DNA of 53,200 nucleotides from an uncultured Eubacteriales bacterium (GTDB lineage Bacteria > Bacillota > Clostridia > Oscillospirales > Acutalibacteraceae): NCBI GenBank assembly GCA_900316495.1, contig ONDC01000020.1, forward strand, positions 1 to 53,200, given 5' to 3'. The notes beneath the pieces are model-generated. The model ran no database searches. It had not been told where the DNA came from and saw only the letters and a list, made by a program, of their open reading frames with translations. This document shows, piece by piece, positions 35,372-45,502 of this stretch (positions are counted from its first letter, which is position 1; each line of letters opens with the position of its first letter). The position numbers and the translations under genes are program-made.

Positions 35372-36136
35372 GTGAGCGGCAATCATAACGGCGAATCCGG
35401 CGACAGGTTTTTTACCGCTATGTTAGAGGACGCGGCAGAGCTGTCACAGCGCCGGAATCGCCCGGTATTCACCGGCTTTCTCACCGAATCGGAGCAGTCT
35501 GCCGCCGAACCGGTGATGAAGCGCCTGCATGCCAATTACATGCTATGGGGCGGCTTTGATGACGCGGAGCGCCGTATGCTCGGCGTTTTTCCGCCGTATG
35601 ACGAGCCTGACCCTGCCTTTTTCCCCATAGACGGCGTGACGGCGTCCTTCCGCGCCGCCGACAGCGTGGAGCACCGCGGCGTGCTGGGTACGCTGATGGC
35701 GCAGGGCATCGAACGCGACTGTGTGGGAGATATTCTGATCGAAGGCGGTCGCTGCGTTTTTTTCTGCCGCGGCACCGTCACCCCCGCGCTGCTTTCCGAC
35801 GTCACCAAGATCGGCGGCGTCGGGGTAAGGCTGTCGAGGGGATATGAAGAGCCGCTTCCGGCGGCTCACAGCTACAAGGCAATTTCCGTCACTGTCGCCT
35901 CCCCGCGTCTGGACTGTGTGACAGCGGCGCTCGCGGGAGTCGGGCGCGGCAGGGCGGAGGAGTTGATCGTGGCCGGCGAGGTCATGATCAATTCGGTGGT
36001 ATGTAAAAAGGTTTCGCAAAATGTAAATGAGGGCGAGAAGCTCACGGTGCGCGGGATCGGGAAATTTATTATTGACGATTTAGGAACTGTTACTCGTAAG
36101 GGAAGACGGCTACTGTCTGCCCGAAAATATGTCTAA
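35372..36136 (+). CDS. YlmH-like RNA-binding protein (S4 domain)
   Basis: GTG start. FLTESEQ, VEHRGVLGTLMAQGIERDCVGDI, and a C-terminal S4-like RLDCVTAALAGVGRGRAEELIVAGEVMINSV. Synteny sepF-ylmH-divIVA. Confidence 0.8.
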   Translation: MSGNHNGESGDRFFTAMLEDAAELSQRRNRPVFTGFLTESEQSAAEPVMKRLHANYMLWGGFDDAERRMLGVFPPYDEPDPAFFPIDGVTASFRAADSVEHRGVLGTLMAQGIERDCVGDILIEGGRCVFFCRGTVTPALLSDVTKIGGVGVRLSRGYEEPLPAAHSYKAISVTVASPRLDCVTAALAGVGRGRAEELIVAGEVMINSVVCKKVSQNVNEGEKLTVRGIGKFIIDDLGTVTRKGRRLLSARKYV

Positions 36137-36157
36137 ATTCTAAAGGAGGACGGCGCA

Positions 36158-37246
36158 TTGCTTACCCTTAACGAAATAAGAAACGTCAACTTCAGAAAAT
36201 CCAACTTCGGCGGTTATCGCGCGGAGGACGTGGAGGCCTTCATCGATGAGGTGCAGCTTTCCTACGACTCCCTTCTGAAGGAAAACGCCGAGCTGCTCAA
36301 GCGTCTGGAGAGCCTTACGACCAAGCTGGAGGAGTACCAGCGCGAGGAGGATTCCATCCGCAACGCGTTGATGAACGCGCAGAAGGTGGGCGACGCTTCG
36401 CTCCGCGACGCCAAGCACAAGGCGGAGATCATTCTCAAGGACGCCACCATCAAGGCGGAGAAGATCGTCTCCAACGCCCAGATCGAAATTCATCGCGAAC
36501 GCGACGTCATCGAAAAGATGCAGCGCGACATCGCGGATTTCAAGGCGCGTCTCCTCAAGGCCTATAAGGAGCATCTCACCCTTATCAACAGTATTCCCAA
36601 CGACGACATCATGCGTCCGGACACCAAGGACGCGGTGTCCTCCGTGCCGATGCTTGATCGCGATGCGAGCGCGTATAACGCGTCGCGCAGGGACTACCCG
36701 CAGGACGAATACGGCTATGACGACCGCAGAGCCGACGACCGCTTCGACCGCAGGAACGACTTCGCCCCGCAGGAGGACGACATGCGCCAGCGCAGGGATC
36801 CGCGCGACCAGCGCGACGACATGAGCCTTCTCCGCACCGACAATACCGACGAGAACGCCTTCGGCGACGACAGGCAGGAGCCTGTGATGCCGCGTGAGAG
36901 AATGAATCAGTCGAGAGGCGGCTTTACCGTGAATATCGACGACAGCATGCCTCCGATGCAGACCACGACCCTGCCCCCGCCCATGCGCGAGCAGAAGAAG
37001 TTCTCGGCGTTTGACAGCAATTCCGGGGAAATGTCCCGCGATCGCTCGTTCGGCGACGACCGACCCGACATGGGCGGCTTCGACAGAAGCCCCATTACCG
37101 GCAACGACATGGACGGCTTCGGCGGCAAATACGCCGACCCGGATTCCCTGATGAACGGCGGGGACGATTTCCGGGGACAGTCCTTTGACCAGGGACGCGG
37201 AGGAATGCCGGATGACGACAGGAGCTTCCGCAGGAGATTCAACTGA
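36158..37246 (+). CDS. divIVA: DivIVA-domain protein with a long Asp/Arg-rich disordered tail
   Basis: TTG start. LTLNEIRNVNFRKSNFGGYRAEDVEAFIDEV is the canonical DivIVA N-terminus. A coiled-coil follows, then about 200 aa of low complexity. Confidence 0.88.
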   Translation: MLTLNEIRNVNFRKSNFGGYRAEDVEAFIDEVQLSYDSLLKENAELLKRLESLTTKLEEYQREEDSIRNALMNAQKVGDASLRDAKHKAEIILKDATIKAEKIVSNAQIEIHRERDVIEKMQRDIADFKARLLKAYKEHLTLINSIPNDDIMRPDTKDAVSSVPMLDRDASAYNASRRDYPQDEYGYDDRRADDRFDRRNDFAPQEDDMRQRRDPRDQRDDMSLLRTDNTDENAFGDDRQEPVMPRERMNQSRGGFTVNIDDSMPPMQTTTLPPPMREQKKFSAFDSNSGEMSRDRSFGDDRPDMGGFDRSPITGNDMDGFGGKYADPDSLMNGGDDFRGQSFDQGRGGMPDDDRSFRRRFN

Positions 37247-37313
37247 GAAAGAACGCTGCATAAGGCAGCTGAAATAGATTTTGCTATTATTTTGAAAGAA
37301 GGAAAGAACACCT

Positions 37314-40115
37314 ATGAGCCAGGATTACAACAGCACGCTCAACCTGCCCGAAACCGAATTTCCCATGCGAGGCAATCTTCCCAAGCGTGAGCCGGAGATG
37401 CTTGCCGAATGGGAGAAAAAGGATATTTATCACAATATCCTCAGGAAGAACGTCGGAAAGCCGAAATTCGTGCTTCACGACGGCCCTCCCTACGCAAACG
37501 GCGACATTCACCTTGGCACCGCTCTCAACAAGGTGCTTAAGGACATTATTGTCAGATATAAGAACATGGCGGGCTTCAACGCCCCCTTTGTCCCCGGTTG
37601 GGACACCCACGGTCTTCCCACCGAGCTGAAGGCGCGCAAGGCTGCCGGCTTCGAGAAGGCCTCCAAAATGAGCGACCTTGAGCTGAGAGCCATGTGCCGC
37701 GAATTCGTCAACGGCTACATCGACGATCAGCGGAACCAGTTCAAGCGTCTCGGCAACGTCGGCGAGTGGGCGGATCCCTATATCACCCTCCAGCCGAAAT
37801 TCGAGGAAAAGCAGATCGAGATCTTTGCCGAAATGGCGTGCAACGGTCAGATTTACAAGGGCTTAAAGCCGGTCTACTGGTGCCCTGACTGCCAGACCGC
37901 TCTGGCGGAGGCGGAGATTGAATACTCCGAAGACCCTTGCGTGTCCGTATTCGTCAAATTCAAGGTAGCTGACGATCTCGGCAAGTTCGCCGCTCTCGGC
38001 ATCGACAAGGAGAACACCTACTTCGTCATCTGGACGACAACGACATGGACGCTTCCCGGCAACTTAGCCATCTGCCTTGGGCCGAGATATATGTACAAGT
38101 TCATCAAGGCGGGCAATGAAGTTTACATCATGGCTGACGGACTCTATGAAGAAGCTCTTAAGCTCGCCGGCATCACCGAGTATGAGATTGTCGGCGAAAT
38201 GCCCGGCAGCGAGATGGAATACATGAAGGCGCAGCATCCCTTCCTTGACAGAACCTCGCTCATCATCGTGGGCGATCACGTCACGCTGGAATCGGGTACC
38301 GGCTGCGTTCACACCGCTCCCGGCTTCGGTATCGACGACTTCAACGTCTGCAACAATTACCCCGAAATCGGCATTGTCGTTTCGGTCGACGCCAACGGCA
38401 GAATGACCGAGGAAGCCGGACAGTTTGCCGGTCTCACCACCGACGAGGCCAACAAGAAGATCGCCATCCATATGGACAAGACGGGCAGCCTCTTTGCCTC
38501 CCAGAAGATCAAGCATAAGTACCCCCACTGCTGGCGCTGCAAGAACCCCGTGCTCTTCCGCGCGACCGAACAGTGGTTCTGCTCGGTGGACAGCTTCAAG
38601 GACAAGGCAATCGAAGCGATCAATCAGGTCAACTGGGTCACCGCATGGGGCAAGGAGAGAATCACCCAGATGGTGCGCGACAGAAGCGACTGGTGCATCA
38701 GCCGCCAGAGACGCTGGGGCGTTCCGATCCCGATCTTCTACTGCAAGTCCTGCGGCAAGCCGCACATCAATAAGGACACGATCCTCGCCGTTGCCAAGCT
38801 GTTCGGTGAATTCGGCTCCGACGTCTGGTACGCGCGCGAGGCGAAGGACCTCATTCCCGAGGGAACCGTCTGCGAATTCTGCGGCGGCAGTGAGTTTGAC
38901 AAGGAAAAGGACATCATGGATGTGTGGTTCGACAGCGGCGTGACCCATGCCGCCGTCTGCGACGTGCGCCCCGAGCTGCACTGGCCGGCTGACCTCTATC
39001 TGGAGGGCGCGGATCAGTACAGAGGATGGTTCCAGTCCTCGCTCCTGACAAGTGTTGCCTGGAGAGGCGTCGCCCCCTACAAGGCGATTCTCACCCACGG
39101 ATGGGTGGTCGACGGCAAGGGCGAAAAGATGTCCAAGTCGCTCGGCAACGGCATTCTCCCCCGTGAGGTCGTCGACAAGTTCGGCGCGGATATTCTGCGT
39201 CTGTGGGTCGCCTCCTCCGACTATCAGGTCGACATCAGAATCTCCCCCGATATTCTCAAGCAGCTCAGCGAATCCTACAGAAAGATCCGCAACACCGCGC
39301 GGTTCATGCTGAGCAACCTCTATGACTTCAACCCCGACTGCGATATGACGCAGATGTGGGAGCTTCGCCCCATCGACCGCTGGGCTGTCATGAAGCTCAA
39401 CGAGCTGGAGCGCATCTGCCGCGAGGCTTATGATAATTACGAATTCCATCAGGTTTATCATGCCATCATCAAATTCTGCGTGGTGGATATGTCCAACTTC
39501 TACCTTGACGTGATCAAGGACAGACTCTACTGCGATTTCAAATACGGCGTTTCCCGCCGCGCCGCGCAGACCGTCATGTATATGATTCTTGACGCGATGA
39601 CCCGCCTGCTTACCCCGATTCTGGCGTATACCTCGGAGGAAATCTGGCAGTTCATGCCGCATACAAGCACCGACGTGAAGGAATCTGTGCTCTACAACGA
39701 TATGCCCTGTGAAGTGACCGGCGTGGATTGCGGCGTTGACTTTGAGCTTACATGGGACAGAATCCACGCGATCCGCGACGACGTGCAGCGCGCGCTGGAG
39801 GTCGCCCGCAAGGATAAGCTCATCGGCAAATCGCTCGAGGCGGTCGTTACGCTGCACTGTGACGGCGGTCTCAAGGACTTTATCGAGTCTGTCAGGGACA
39901 GCCTGGAGGATGTGTTTATCGTCTCCGGCGTAAAGATCAGCACCCAGCCCTGTAACGACAATCCCTGCGACGTCGAAGGTCTCGGCGTTTCGGTCGAGGT
40001 CGCAGACGGAGCCAAGTGCGAACGATGCTGGAAGCATACTGACGACGTCGGATCAGTCAATGAGCATCCCACCCTCTGCCACCGCTGCGCAGAGGTAGTC
40101 AAATCTCTCGGATAA
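37314..40115 (+). CDS. ileS: Isoleucine--tRNA ligase
   Basis: [15 protein letters not shown] (HIGH), KMSKSLGN (KMSKS), and a C-terminal Zn finger CERCW...CHRC. 933 aa. Confidence 0.97.
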   Translation: MSQDYNSTLNLPETEFPMRGNLPKREPEMLAEWEKKDIYHNILRKNVGKPKFVLHDGPPYANGDIHLGTALNKVLKDIIVRYKNMAGFNAPFVPGWDTHGLPTELKARKAAGFEKASKMSDLELRAMCREFVNGYIDDQRNQFKRLGNVGEWADPYITLQPKFEEKQIEIFAEMACNGQIYKGLKPVYWCPDCQTALAEAEIEYSEDPCVSVFVKFKVADDLGKFAALGIDKENTYFVIWTTTTWTLPGNLAICLGPRYMYKFIKAGNEVYIMADGLYEEALKLAGITEYEIVGEMPGSEMEYMKAQHPFLDRTSLIIVGDHVTLESGTGCVHTAPGFGIDDFNVCNNYPEIGIVVSVDANGRMTEEAGQFAGLTTDEANKKIAIHMDKTGSLFASQKIKHKYPHCWRCKNPVLFRATEQWFCSVDSFKDKAIEAINQVNWVTAWGKERITQMVRDRSDWCISRQRRWGVPIPIFYCKSCGKPHINKDTILAVAKLFGEFGSDVWYAREAKDLIPEGTVCEFCGGSEFDKEKDIMDVWFDSGVTHAAVCDVRPELHWPADLYLEGADQYRGWFQSSLLTSVAWRGVAPYKAILTHGWVVDGKGEKMSKSLGNGILPREVVDKFGADILRLWVASSDYQVDIRISPDILKQLSESYRKIRNTARFMLSNLYDFNPDCDMTQMWELRPIDRWAVMKLNELERICREAYDNYEFHQVYHAIIKFCVVDMSNFYLDVIKDRLYCDFKYGVSRRAAQTVMYMILDAMTRLLTPILAYTSEEIWQFMPHTSTDVKESVLYNDMPCEVTGVDCGVDFELTWDRIHAIRDDVQRALEVARKDKLIGKSLEAVVTLHCDGGLKDFIESVRDSLEDVFIVSGVKISTQPCNDNPCDVEGLGVSVEVADGAKCERCWKHTDDVGSVNEHPTLCHRCAEVVKSLG

Positions 40116-40129
40116 GGATTTGATAACTG

Positions 40130-40669
40130 ATGATCACTACAATAATCGCGTTGGCAGCCGTCGCATTGCTGGTGGCTGCCGACCAGATCACCAAGCTGCT
40201 TATTTCCTCCCATTATGAGCTGGGCGAGTCCACGCATGTGATAAACGGACTGCTTGACTTCACCTATGTGCAGAACAGGGGGGCGGCGTTCGGCATGCTC
40301 TCCAATCAGCGTTGGATTTTCCTTGTGCTGACCACCGTCATTATCATCGGCATATGCTACCTGTGGTGCAAGGGCTTTATTGATCACACGACCGGCCGGG
40401 TTTCCGCCGTACTGATCGTCGCCGGAGGAATCGGCAACATGATCGACAGAATCGCGCTGGGCTATGTGGTGGATTTTATCGACGTCAGCCCGCTTTTCGA
40501 TTTTGCGGTGTTCAATTTCGCCGATTGCTGCGTCACTGTGGGCGCTGTGGTCATGGCGGTCTATGTGCTGTTCTTCTTTGACGACAGGAAGCTGAAATCT
40601 CCTGCCTTGGCAGCGTTGGAGGACGCGTCGGAAGAAGAGACATCCGGTGCTTCCGCGAACGATGAATGA
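40130..40669 (+). CDS. lspA: Lipoprotein signal peptidase II
   Basis: DQITKLL, FTYVQNRGAAFG, GGIGNMIDR and DFIDV...FNFAD are LspA catalytic Asp blocks. Confidence 0.92.
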   Translation: MITTIIALAAVALLVAADQITKLLISSHYELGESTHVINGLLDFTYVQNRGAAFGMLSNQRWIFLVLTTVIIIGICYLWCKGFIDHTTGRVSAVLIVAGGIGNMIDRIALGYVVDFIDVSPLFDFAVFNFADCCVTVGAVVMAVYVLFFFDDRKLKSPALAALEDASEEETSGASANDE

Positions 40670-40670
40670 T

Positions 40671-41609
40671 ATGGCAGAGTCAAAAAACATCATAATCACA
40701 GAAAATGACGGCGGGCGTTTGGATAAAACACTCGCCGTCCTTATGCCCGAGGCATCCCGCTCCTATCTGCAAAAGCTGATCGAGCAGGGACTTGTCACCG
40801 TCAACGGAAAGCCGGCGGACAAGAAAACAAAGGTGATGCCGGGAGACGAGGTTGCCGTGGAAATGCCGGAGAACGTCAGACCGGAGATCGTGCCGGAAAA
40901 CATCCCGCTCGACATTCCCTATGAGGACAGCGACCTGCTGGTGGTCAACAAGCCGAAGGGCATGGTGGTGCATCCCGCCGCCGGACATTACAGCGGCACG
41001 CTCGTCAACGCGCTCATGTATCACTGTGGCGATTCCCTCTCCGGCATCAACGGAGTGGAACGCCCCGGCATCGTTCACCGCATCGACATGATGACCAGCG
41101 GCCTGCTGATCGTCGCCAAAAACGACTTTGCGCACAAGTCCCTCGCGGAACAGATCAAGGAACACAGCTTTACCAGAAGGTATGAAGCCGTCGTGGTCGG
41201 CAATCTCCGGGAGGACAGCGGAACAGTCAACGCCCCCATCGGACGGCACCCCACCGACCGCAAGAAAATGGCGGTCACGGAAAAAAACAGCCGTGAAGCC
41301 ATCACGCATTACGAGGTTCTGGGGCGGTACGGCGGATCTGTGGGCGCCTTTACGCATGTGCGCCTGACGCTGGAAACGGGGAGAACGCACCAGATCAGGG
41401 TACATATGGCTTACATAGGACACCCTGTCGCGTGCGACCCCGTTTATGGCGGCGCGAAGCAGCAGTTTTCCTGCTGCGAGGGACAGTGCCTTCACGCGCG
41501 GGAAATCGGATTTATTCACCCAAGGGACGGCAGAAGTCTGTATCTGACGAGCGAATTGCCGGATTATTTCAATGCTGTTTTGCATAAATTAGCACGCAGT
41601 GTTCAATAA
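40671..41609 (+). CDS. rluD: RluA-family 23S rRNA pseudouridine synthase (RluD-like)
   Basis: The ATG at 40671 lies just after the lspA stop. S4 domain (RLDKTLA), then HRIDMMTSGLLIVAKN (catalytic Asp) and GRTHQIRVHM. Confidence 0.9.
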   Translation: MAESKNIIITENDGGRLDKTLAVLMPEASRSYLQKLIEQGLVTVNGKPADKKTKVMPGDEVAVEMPENVRPEIVPENIPLDIPYEDSDLLVVNKPKGMVVHPAAGHYSGTLVNALMYHCGDSLSGINGVERPGIVHRIDMMTSGLLIVAKNDFAHKSLAEQIKEHSFTRRYEAVVVGNLREDSGTVNAPIGRHPTDRKKMAVTEKNSREAITHYEVLGRYGGSVGAFTHVRLTLETGRTHQIRVHMAYIGHPVACDPVYGGAKQQFSCCEGQCLHAREIGFIHPRDGRSLYLTSELPDYFNAVLHKLARSVQ

Positions 41610-41771
41610 AATTTGCCGCCCTTGTAGATTTTCCTTCACGGCAGCGCAAATCATGCCGATTATGCTTGACAAATCGCTTCAAATGTTAGATGATATACAT
41701 TGGGGTTTATGAAAACTCCGTGAATATTGGATTGGAAAAACTTCGGTTATTAACAAACAGGAGGCATAAAA

Positions 41772-42617
41772 ATGGATTCCAGTGAGAAGAAGCAGCTATT
41801 CCTTACTGCCAACAGGATCAGACAGCACATCATCGAGGGTACGTTCCATGCCAAGAGCGGACACCCGGGCGGCTCGCTTTCGGCGACCGACGTCATTACA
41901 TACCTTTACTTCAAGGAAATGAAGGTCGATCCGAAGAATCCCAAGTGGGAGGACAGAGATCGCTTCGTGCTGTCCAAGGGACACGCGGCTCCGGCACTTT
42001 ACGGCGCGCTGGCAGTCAGGGGCTTTTTCCCGGAGGATGAAATTCAGAACCTCCGCAAGCCGCAGAGCTTCCTGCAGGGACATCCCGACATGAGGAAGGT
42101 TCCCGGTGTGGACATGTCCACCGGCTCGCTGGGGCAGGGCGTTTCCGCCGCGGTGGGAATGGCTCTGAACGGCAAGATCACCGGGAAGGATTACCGGGTG
42201 TATTCCGTCCTTGGCGACGGCGAGATTCAGGAGGGTCAGGTCTGGGAGGCCGCCATGTTTGCCGCCAACAGGAAGCTTGACAACCTCACAATATTCATTG
42301 ACAACAACAATCTTCAGATAGACGGCACGATGGAGGAGGTCAATTCTCCCTATCCCATTCCCGAAAAATTCCAGGCGTTCGGCTGGAACACCGTTGAGAT
42401 CGACGGTCACGACTTCGACCAGATCGAGGACGCGATAGCGCAGGCGAAGCGCGTCAAGGACAAGCCCACGGCGGTCATCATGCACACCGTCAAGGGCAAG
42501 GGCGTTTCCTTCATGGAAAACCAGGTCGGCTGGCACGGCGTGGCGCCCAACGCGGAGCAGTACGAGAACGCCATGAACGAGCTGAAGGCACAGTACGATG
42601 CGCTTCAGGCATTATAA
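41772..42617 (+). CDS. Transketolase, N-terminal (TPP-binding) subunit
   Basis: SGHPGGSLSATDV, DRFVLSKGHAAPALY, and GSLGQG...GDGEIQEGQVWEA. 281 aa, split-type. Confidence 0.92.
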   Translation: MDSSEKKQLFLTANRIRQHIIEGTFHAKSGHPGGSLSATDVITYLYFKEMKVDPKNPKWEDRDRFVLSKGHAAPALYGALAVRGFFPEDEIQNLRKPQSFLQGHPDMRKVPGVDMSTGSLGQGVSAAVGMALNGKITGKDYRVYSVLGDGEIQEGQVWEAAMFAANRKLDNLTIFIDNNNLQIDGTMEEVNSPYPIPEKFQAFGWNTVEIDGHDFDQIEDAIAQAKRVKDKPTAVIMHTVKGKGVSFMENQVGWHGVAPNAEQYENAMNELKAQYDALQAL

Positions 42618-42635
42618 TGCGGGAGGGGAAAGAAT

Positions 42636-43583
42636 ATGGCAGACGTGAAAAAGATAGCGACCCGCGAGGGTTATTCCGATACGCTGGTGGAGCTTTGCGG
42701 CGAGATCCCGAACCTGTATGTATTCGACGCGGATCTTGCGGGCGCTACCAAGACCGGTAAGGTCAAGAAGGCATATCCCGACAGATTTTTCGACTGCGGT
42801 ATCGCCGAACAGAATATGATGAGCATTGCGGCGGGCATGGCCGCCTGCGGCAATGTGGTGTTCGCCAGCTCCTTTGCGATGTTCGCCTCCGGCAGAGCCT
42901 TCGAGCAGATCCGCAATTCCATTGCCTACCCGAAGCTGAATGTCAAAATCGGCGCGACGCACGGTGGAATCTCCGTCGGCGAGGACGGCGCGAGCCATCA
43001 GTGCTGCGAGGACATTTCCCTCATGCGCACCATTCCCAACATGACGGTCATCGTTCCCGCTGACGACACCGAGGCAAGATTGGCTACCAGAGCGGTTGCA
43101 CAGATGCACGGACCCTGCTACCTTCGCTTCGGCAGACTTGCCGTTCCGGTGGTATTCGGCAGCGATTATAAATTTGAAATCGGCAAGGGCGTTGTGCTGA
43201 GCGAAGGCACCGACGTGACGATCATCGCCAACGGTCTGATGGTCGAAAAGGCGATTGACGCAGGCAAGCAGCTTGCCGCCGAGGGAATCAGCGCTCGCGT
43301 TGTCAATATGGCTACCGTGAAGCCGATCGACCGCGAGCTGGTGCTTGACTCCGCCGCAAAGACCGGTGCGATCGTCACCGCCGAGGAACACAGCATTATC
43401 GGCGGTCTGGGCAGCGCGGTCTGCGAGGTAGTATGCGAGGAGAAACCGGTTCCGGTGCTGCGCGTCGGCGTCAACGACAAATTCGGCAAGAGCGGTCCGG
43501 CAGTCGAGCTGCTCGACATATTCGGTCTGAGCGCCGCCAACATCGTTGCAACCGCCAAGAAGGCAATTTCACTCAAGAAGTGA
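42636..43583 (+). CDS. Transketolase, C-terminal (pyrimidine-binding) subunit
   Basis: FDCGIAEQNMMSIAAGMA, GASHQCCEDISLMR, and PNMTVIVPAD. 315 aa. Confidence 0.92.
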   Translation: MADVKKIATREGYSDTLVELCGEIPNLYVFDADLAGATKTGKVKKAYPDRFFDCGIAEQNMMSIAAGMAACGNVVFASSFAMFASGRAFEQIRNSIAYPKLNVKIGATHGGISVGEDGASHQCCEDISLMRTIPNMTVIVPADDTEARLATRAVAQMHGPCYLRFGRLAVPVVFGSDYKFEIGKGVVLSEGTDVTIIANGLMVEKAIDAGKQLAAEGISARVVNMATVKPIDRELVLDSAAKTGAIVTAEEHSIIGGLGSAVCEVVCEEKPVPVLRVGVNDKFGKSGPAVELLDIFGLSAANIVATAKKAISLKK

Positions 43584-43709
43584 AGCCTAACATCTATCGG
43601 GTTGACGGTGAATTGAGTACCGGTTATCTGATAAGTTCTCCTAAGGCAATCTTTACACGTTATCGCACCACGATAGTACCGCTTACGAAGATTCTCTTTA
43701 CCCAGTATT

Positions 43710-43832
43710 AGAGCCTGTTCAGTATCTCTTCCCGCACGTCCCGCTTGCATCTTTTCCGCCATATTTTGCCAAAATCCTCGTTAATACACAAAGTATTGCC
43801 TGCGGTTTACGCGAAGATACTGAACAGGCTCT
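43710..43832. repeat. Inverted-repeat element: 18-bp perfect IRs flanking 87 bp
   Basis: AGAGCCTGTTCAGTATCT at 43710-43727. Its exact reverse complement AGATACTGAACAGGCTCT is at 43815-43832. This extends to 22 bp with one mismatch. Confidence 0.8.
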
Positions 43833-44004
43833 TATATCAAGGCGGGAAAACATTATGTTCCTTATGACCCGTCTCCGGTCATCTACACGCAGCCCTCGCA
43901 AGGGTAAATAAATGTTAAAAAAAGTCATGTTCAAAAGGGTTTTATATCATCCTGCGAACGTGGCTTTTTGTTTTTCATTTGACTATTGACCCATTGCGAT
44001 GTAA

Positions 44005-44307
44005 AATGGTGTTGGAAGGGAATTTCAGGCAAACCTCGCTGACTACGACAGAATCATTCTCGGCACGCCGGTCTGGGCAGGCAAACCCGCTTCCTTCGTG
44101 CGCACCTTTACGAAGAAATACGTAAAGCGGCATCAACTTGCCGATAAGGTGACGGCTGTCTTCCCCCTCAGCGCAAGCGGCATATCCGAGAGCGGCATAT
44201 CGCCTTCCGATACGGATCATCAGCCGGAAACCATTGACGACCTGCTCGAAGCGCTTGACAAAAAGGACGGGGAACGCACTTTTGTTTTGACATTTTTGAT
44301 TGAATGA
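44005..44307 (+). pseudogene. 5'-truncated flavodoxin-family paralog (gene remnant)
   Basis: The frame opens after a TAA at 44002-44004. It encodes GREFQANLADYDRIILGTPVWAGKPASFVRTFTKKYVKRHQLADKVTAVFPLSASG, matching residues from about 65 onward of the intact flavodoxin at 44920-45417. The N-terminal FMN-binding loop is missing. A 40-nt DNA stretch (44044-44083) is identical to 45139-45178. Confidence 0.7.
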
Positions 44308-44339
44308 TATATAATAGGGGCAAAAGGAGTTGTTTACCC

Positions 44340-44912
44340 ATGGTTCTCTTTGTCAATGCCTGTGTCCGCGCCGCGTCCAGAACCAAGCGGATTGCGGACG
44401 TCCTTCTCGCTCGTCTGAACGATGAGACAGAGGAAGTGAAGCTGTCGGAGTTCCCCTTTCCGACCACCGATGAAGCCTTTCTGCGTCAACGGGATTCTCT
44501 CATTGCACAGGGAAAATTCGACGCCCCGATGTTTTCCCTTGCCCGGCAGTTTGCGGAGGCGGATACGGTCGTGATCGCCGCGCCTTTCTGGGATCTGTCC
44601 TTTCCGGCGGCTTTGAAGCAGTACATCGAACAGATCAACGTCGTCGGCATTACCTTCCGCTACACGAAAGAAGGCATTCCACAGGGCATGTGCAGGGCGC
44701 GGAAGCTCTATTATGTGACGACGGCGGGCGGGAATTACGTCCCGGAGGCATTCGGATTCGGGTATATCAAGGCGCTGGCGGAGGGCTTCTACGGCATTCC
44801 CGACGTGCGACTTATTCAGGCGGCAGGACTCGATATAGACGGCGCCGACGGGGAAGGGATTCTTCGGGCGTGCATGGACGGGTTGGCGGTTAACAGCCAA
44901 CAGGAGGGTTGA
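44340..44912 (+). CDS. NAD(P)H-dependent FMN oxidoreductase (flavodoxin-like fold, azoreductase/quinone reductase family)
   Basis: The ATG at 44340 has AAAGGAG upstream. MVLFVNACVRAASRTKRIA...ADTVVIAAPFWDLSFPAALKQYIEQI is typical of the Flavodoxin_2 family. Confidence 0.75.
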   Translation: MVLFVNACVRAASRTKRIADVLLARLNDETEEVKLSEFPFPTTDEAFLRQRDSLIAQGKFDAPMFSLARQFAEADTVVIAAPFWDLSFPAALKQYIEQINVVGITFRYTKEGIPQGMCRARKLYYVTTAGGNYVPEAFGFGYIKALAEGFYGIPDVRLIQAAGLDIDGADGEGILRACMDGLAVNSQQEG

Positions 44913-44919
44913 TTCATCT

Positions 44920-45417
44920 ATGAAAACGATCATTGTTTACTACTCGCTTGACGGCAATACGAAAAGAGCCGCCAAGGAGCTGGCGGAGAAAATCGGCGCG
45001 GACACCTGTGAAATTCTTCCGGTGAAGCCGCTGCCATCCAAGGGAAAGCCATCCTTCGGCACCATCATGAAGGGCGGCGGTCAGGTGACGTTCGGCCTCT
45101 GTCCGAAGCTGCGGGAATTTCCCCTCGACCTCGCGCTGTACGACAGAATCATTCTCGGCACGCCGGTCTGGGCAGGCAGATGTGCCGCGCCGGTCACCAG
45201 CTTTTTGAAGAAATACTGTCCGAAGCATGCCCTCACCGACAAAATTACAGCCGCCTTCACGCTCAGCGGAAGCGGCGACGATACCCGCTGCGTCAGGCAG
45301 CTCCGAAAGCTGCTGCCCCAACTCGGTCAGACCGTGTCGCTTGCCGACGGGAGAAGTCCCCTCTCGCAGGAGAATTCCACGAGACTCGCCAAATTTGCCG
45401 CGATGACAGCCGAATAA
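44920..45417 (+). CDS. Flavodoxin-family protein
   Basis: MKTIIVYYSLDGNTKRAAKELAEKIG (FMN phosphate loop) and YDRIILGTPVWAG. 165 aa. Confidence 0.85.
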   Translation: MKTIIVYYSLDGNTKRAAKELAEKIGADTCEILPVKPLPSKGKPSFGTIMKGGGQVTFGLCPKLREFPLDLALYDRIILGTPVWAGRCAAPVTSFLKKYCPKHALTDKITAAFTLSGSGDDTRCVRQLRKLLPQLGQTVSLADGRSPLSQENSTRLAKFAAMTAE

Positions 45418-45452
45418 TCAGGCCGCTGTTTTTTGAATAAGTGAACAATCAA

Positions 45453-45486
45453 CCCCCGTCCTACGCGCAGCAGCGTAGGGCGGGGG
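45453..45486. terminator. GC-rich hairpin between convergent genes (probable terminator)
   Basis: CCCCCGTCCTACGC (45453-45466) pairs with GCGTAGGGCGGGGG (45473-45486), 14 bp with one G-T pair. There is no clear U-tract on either side. Confidence 0.45.
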
Positions 45487-45502
45487 TAAATGATTGCGGC
45501 GG

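Noticed and set aside
37247-37313. Expected T-box leaders upstream of ileS (37247-37313) and proS (48732-48896)
   Set aside because: The intergenic spaces are too short (67 nt and about 165 nt, the latter shared with a divergent promoter). Neither contains the GGTGGNACCGCG T-box sequence or the Stem I motifs.
43719-43934. 71-aa minus-strand ORF spanning the inverted-repeat element
   Set aside because: It has no RBS, its sequence is Arg-rich low complexity, and it crosses both IR arms. It is most likely non-coding.
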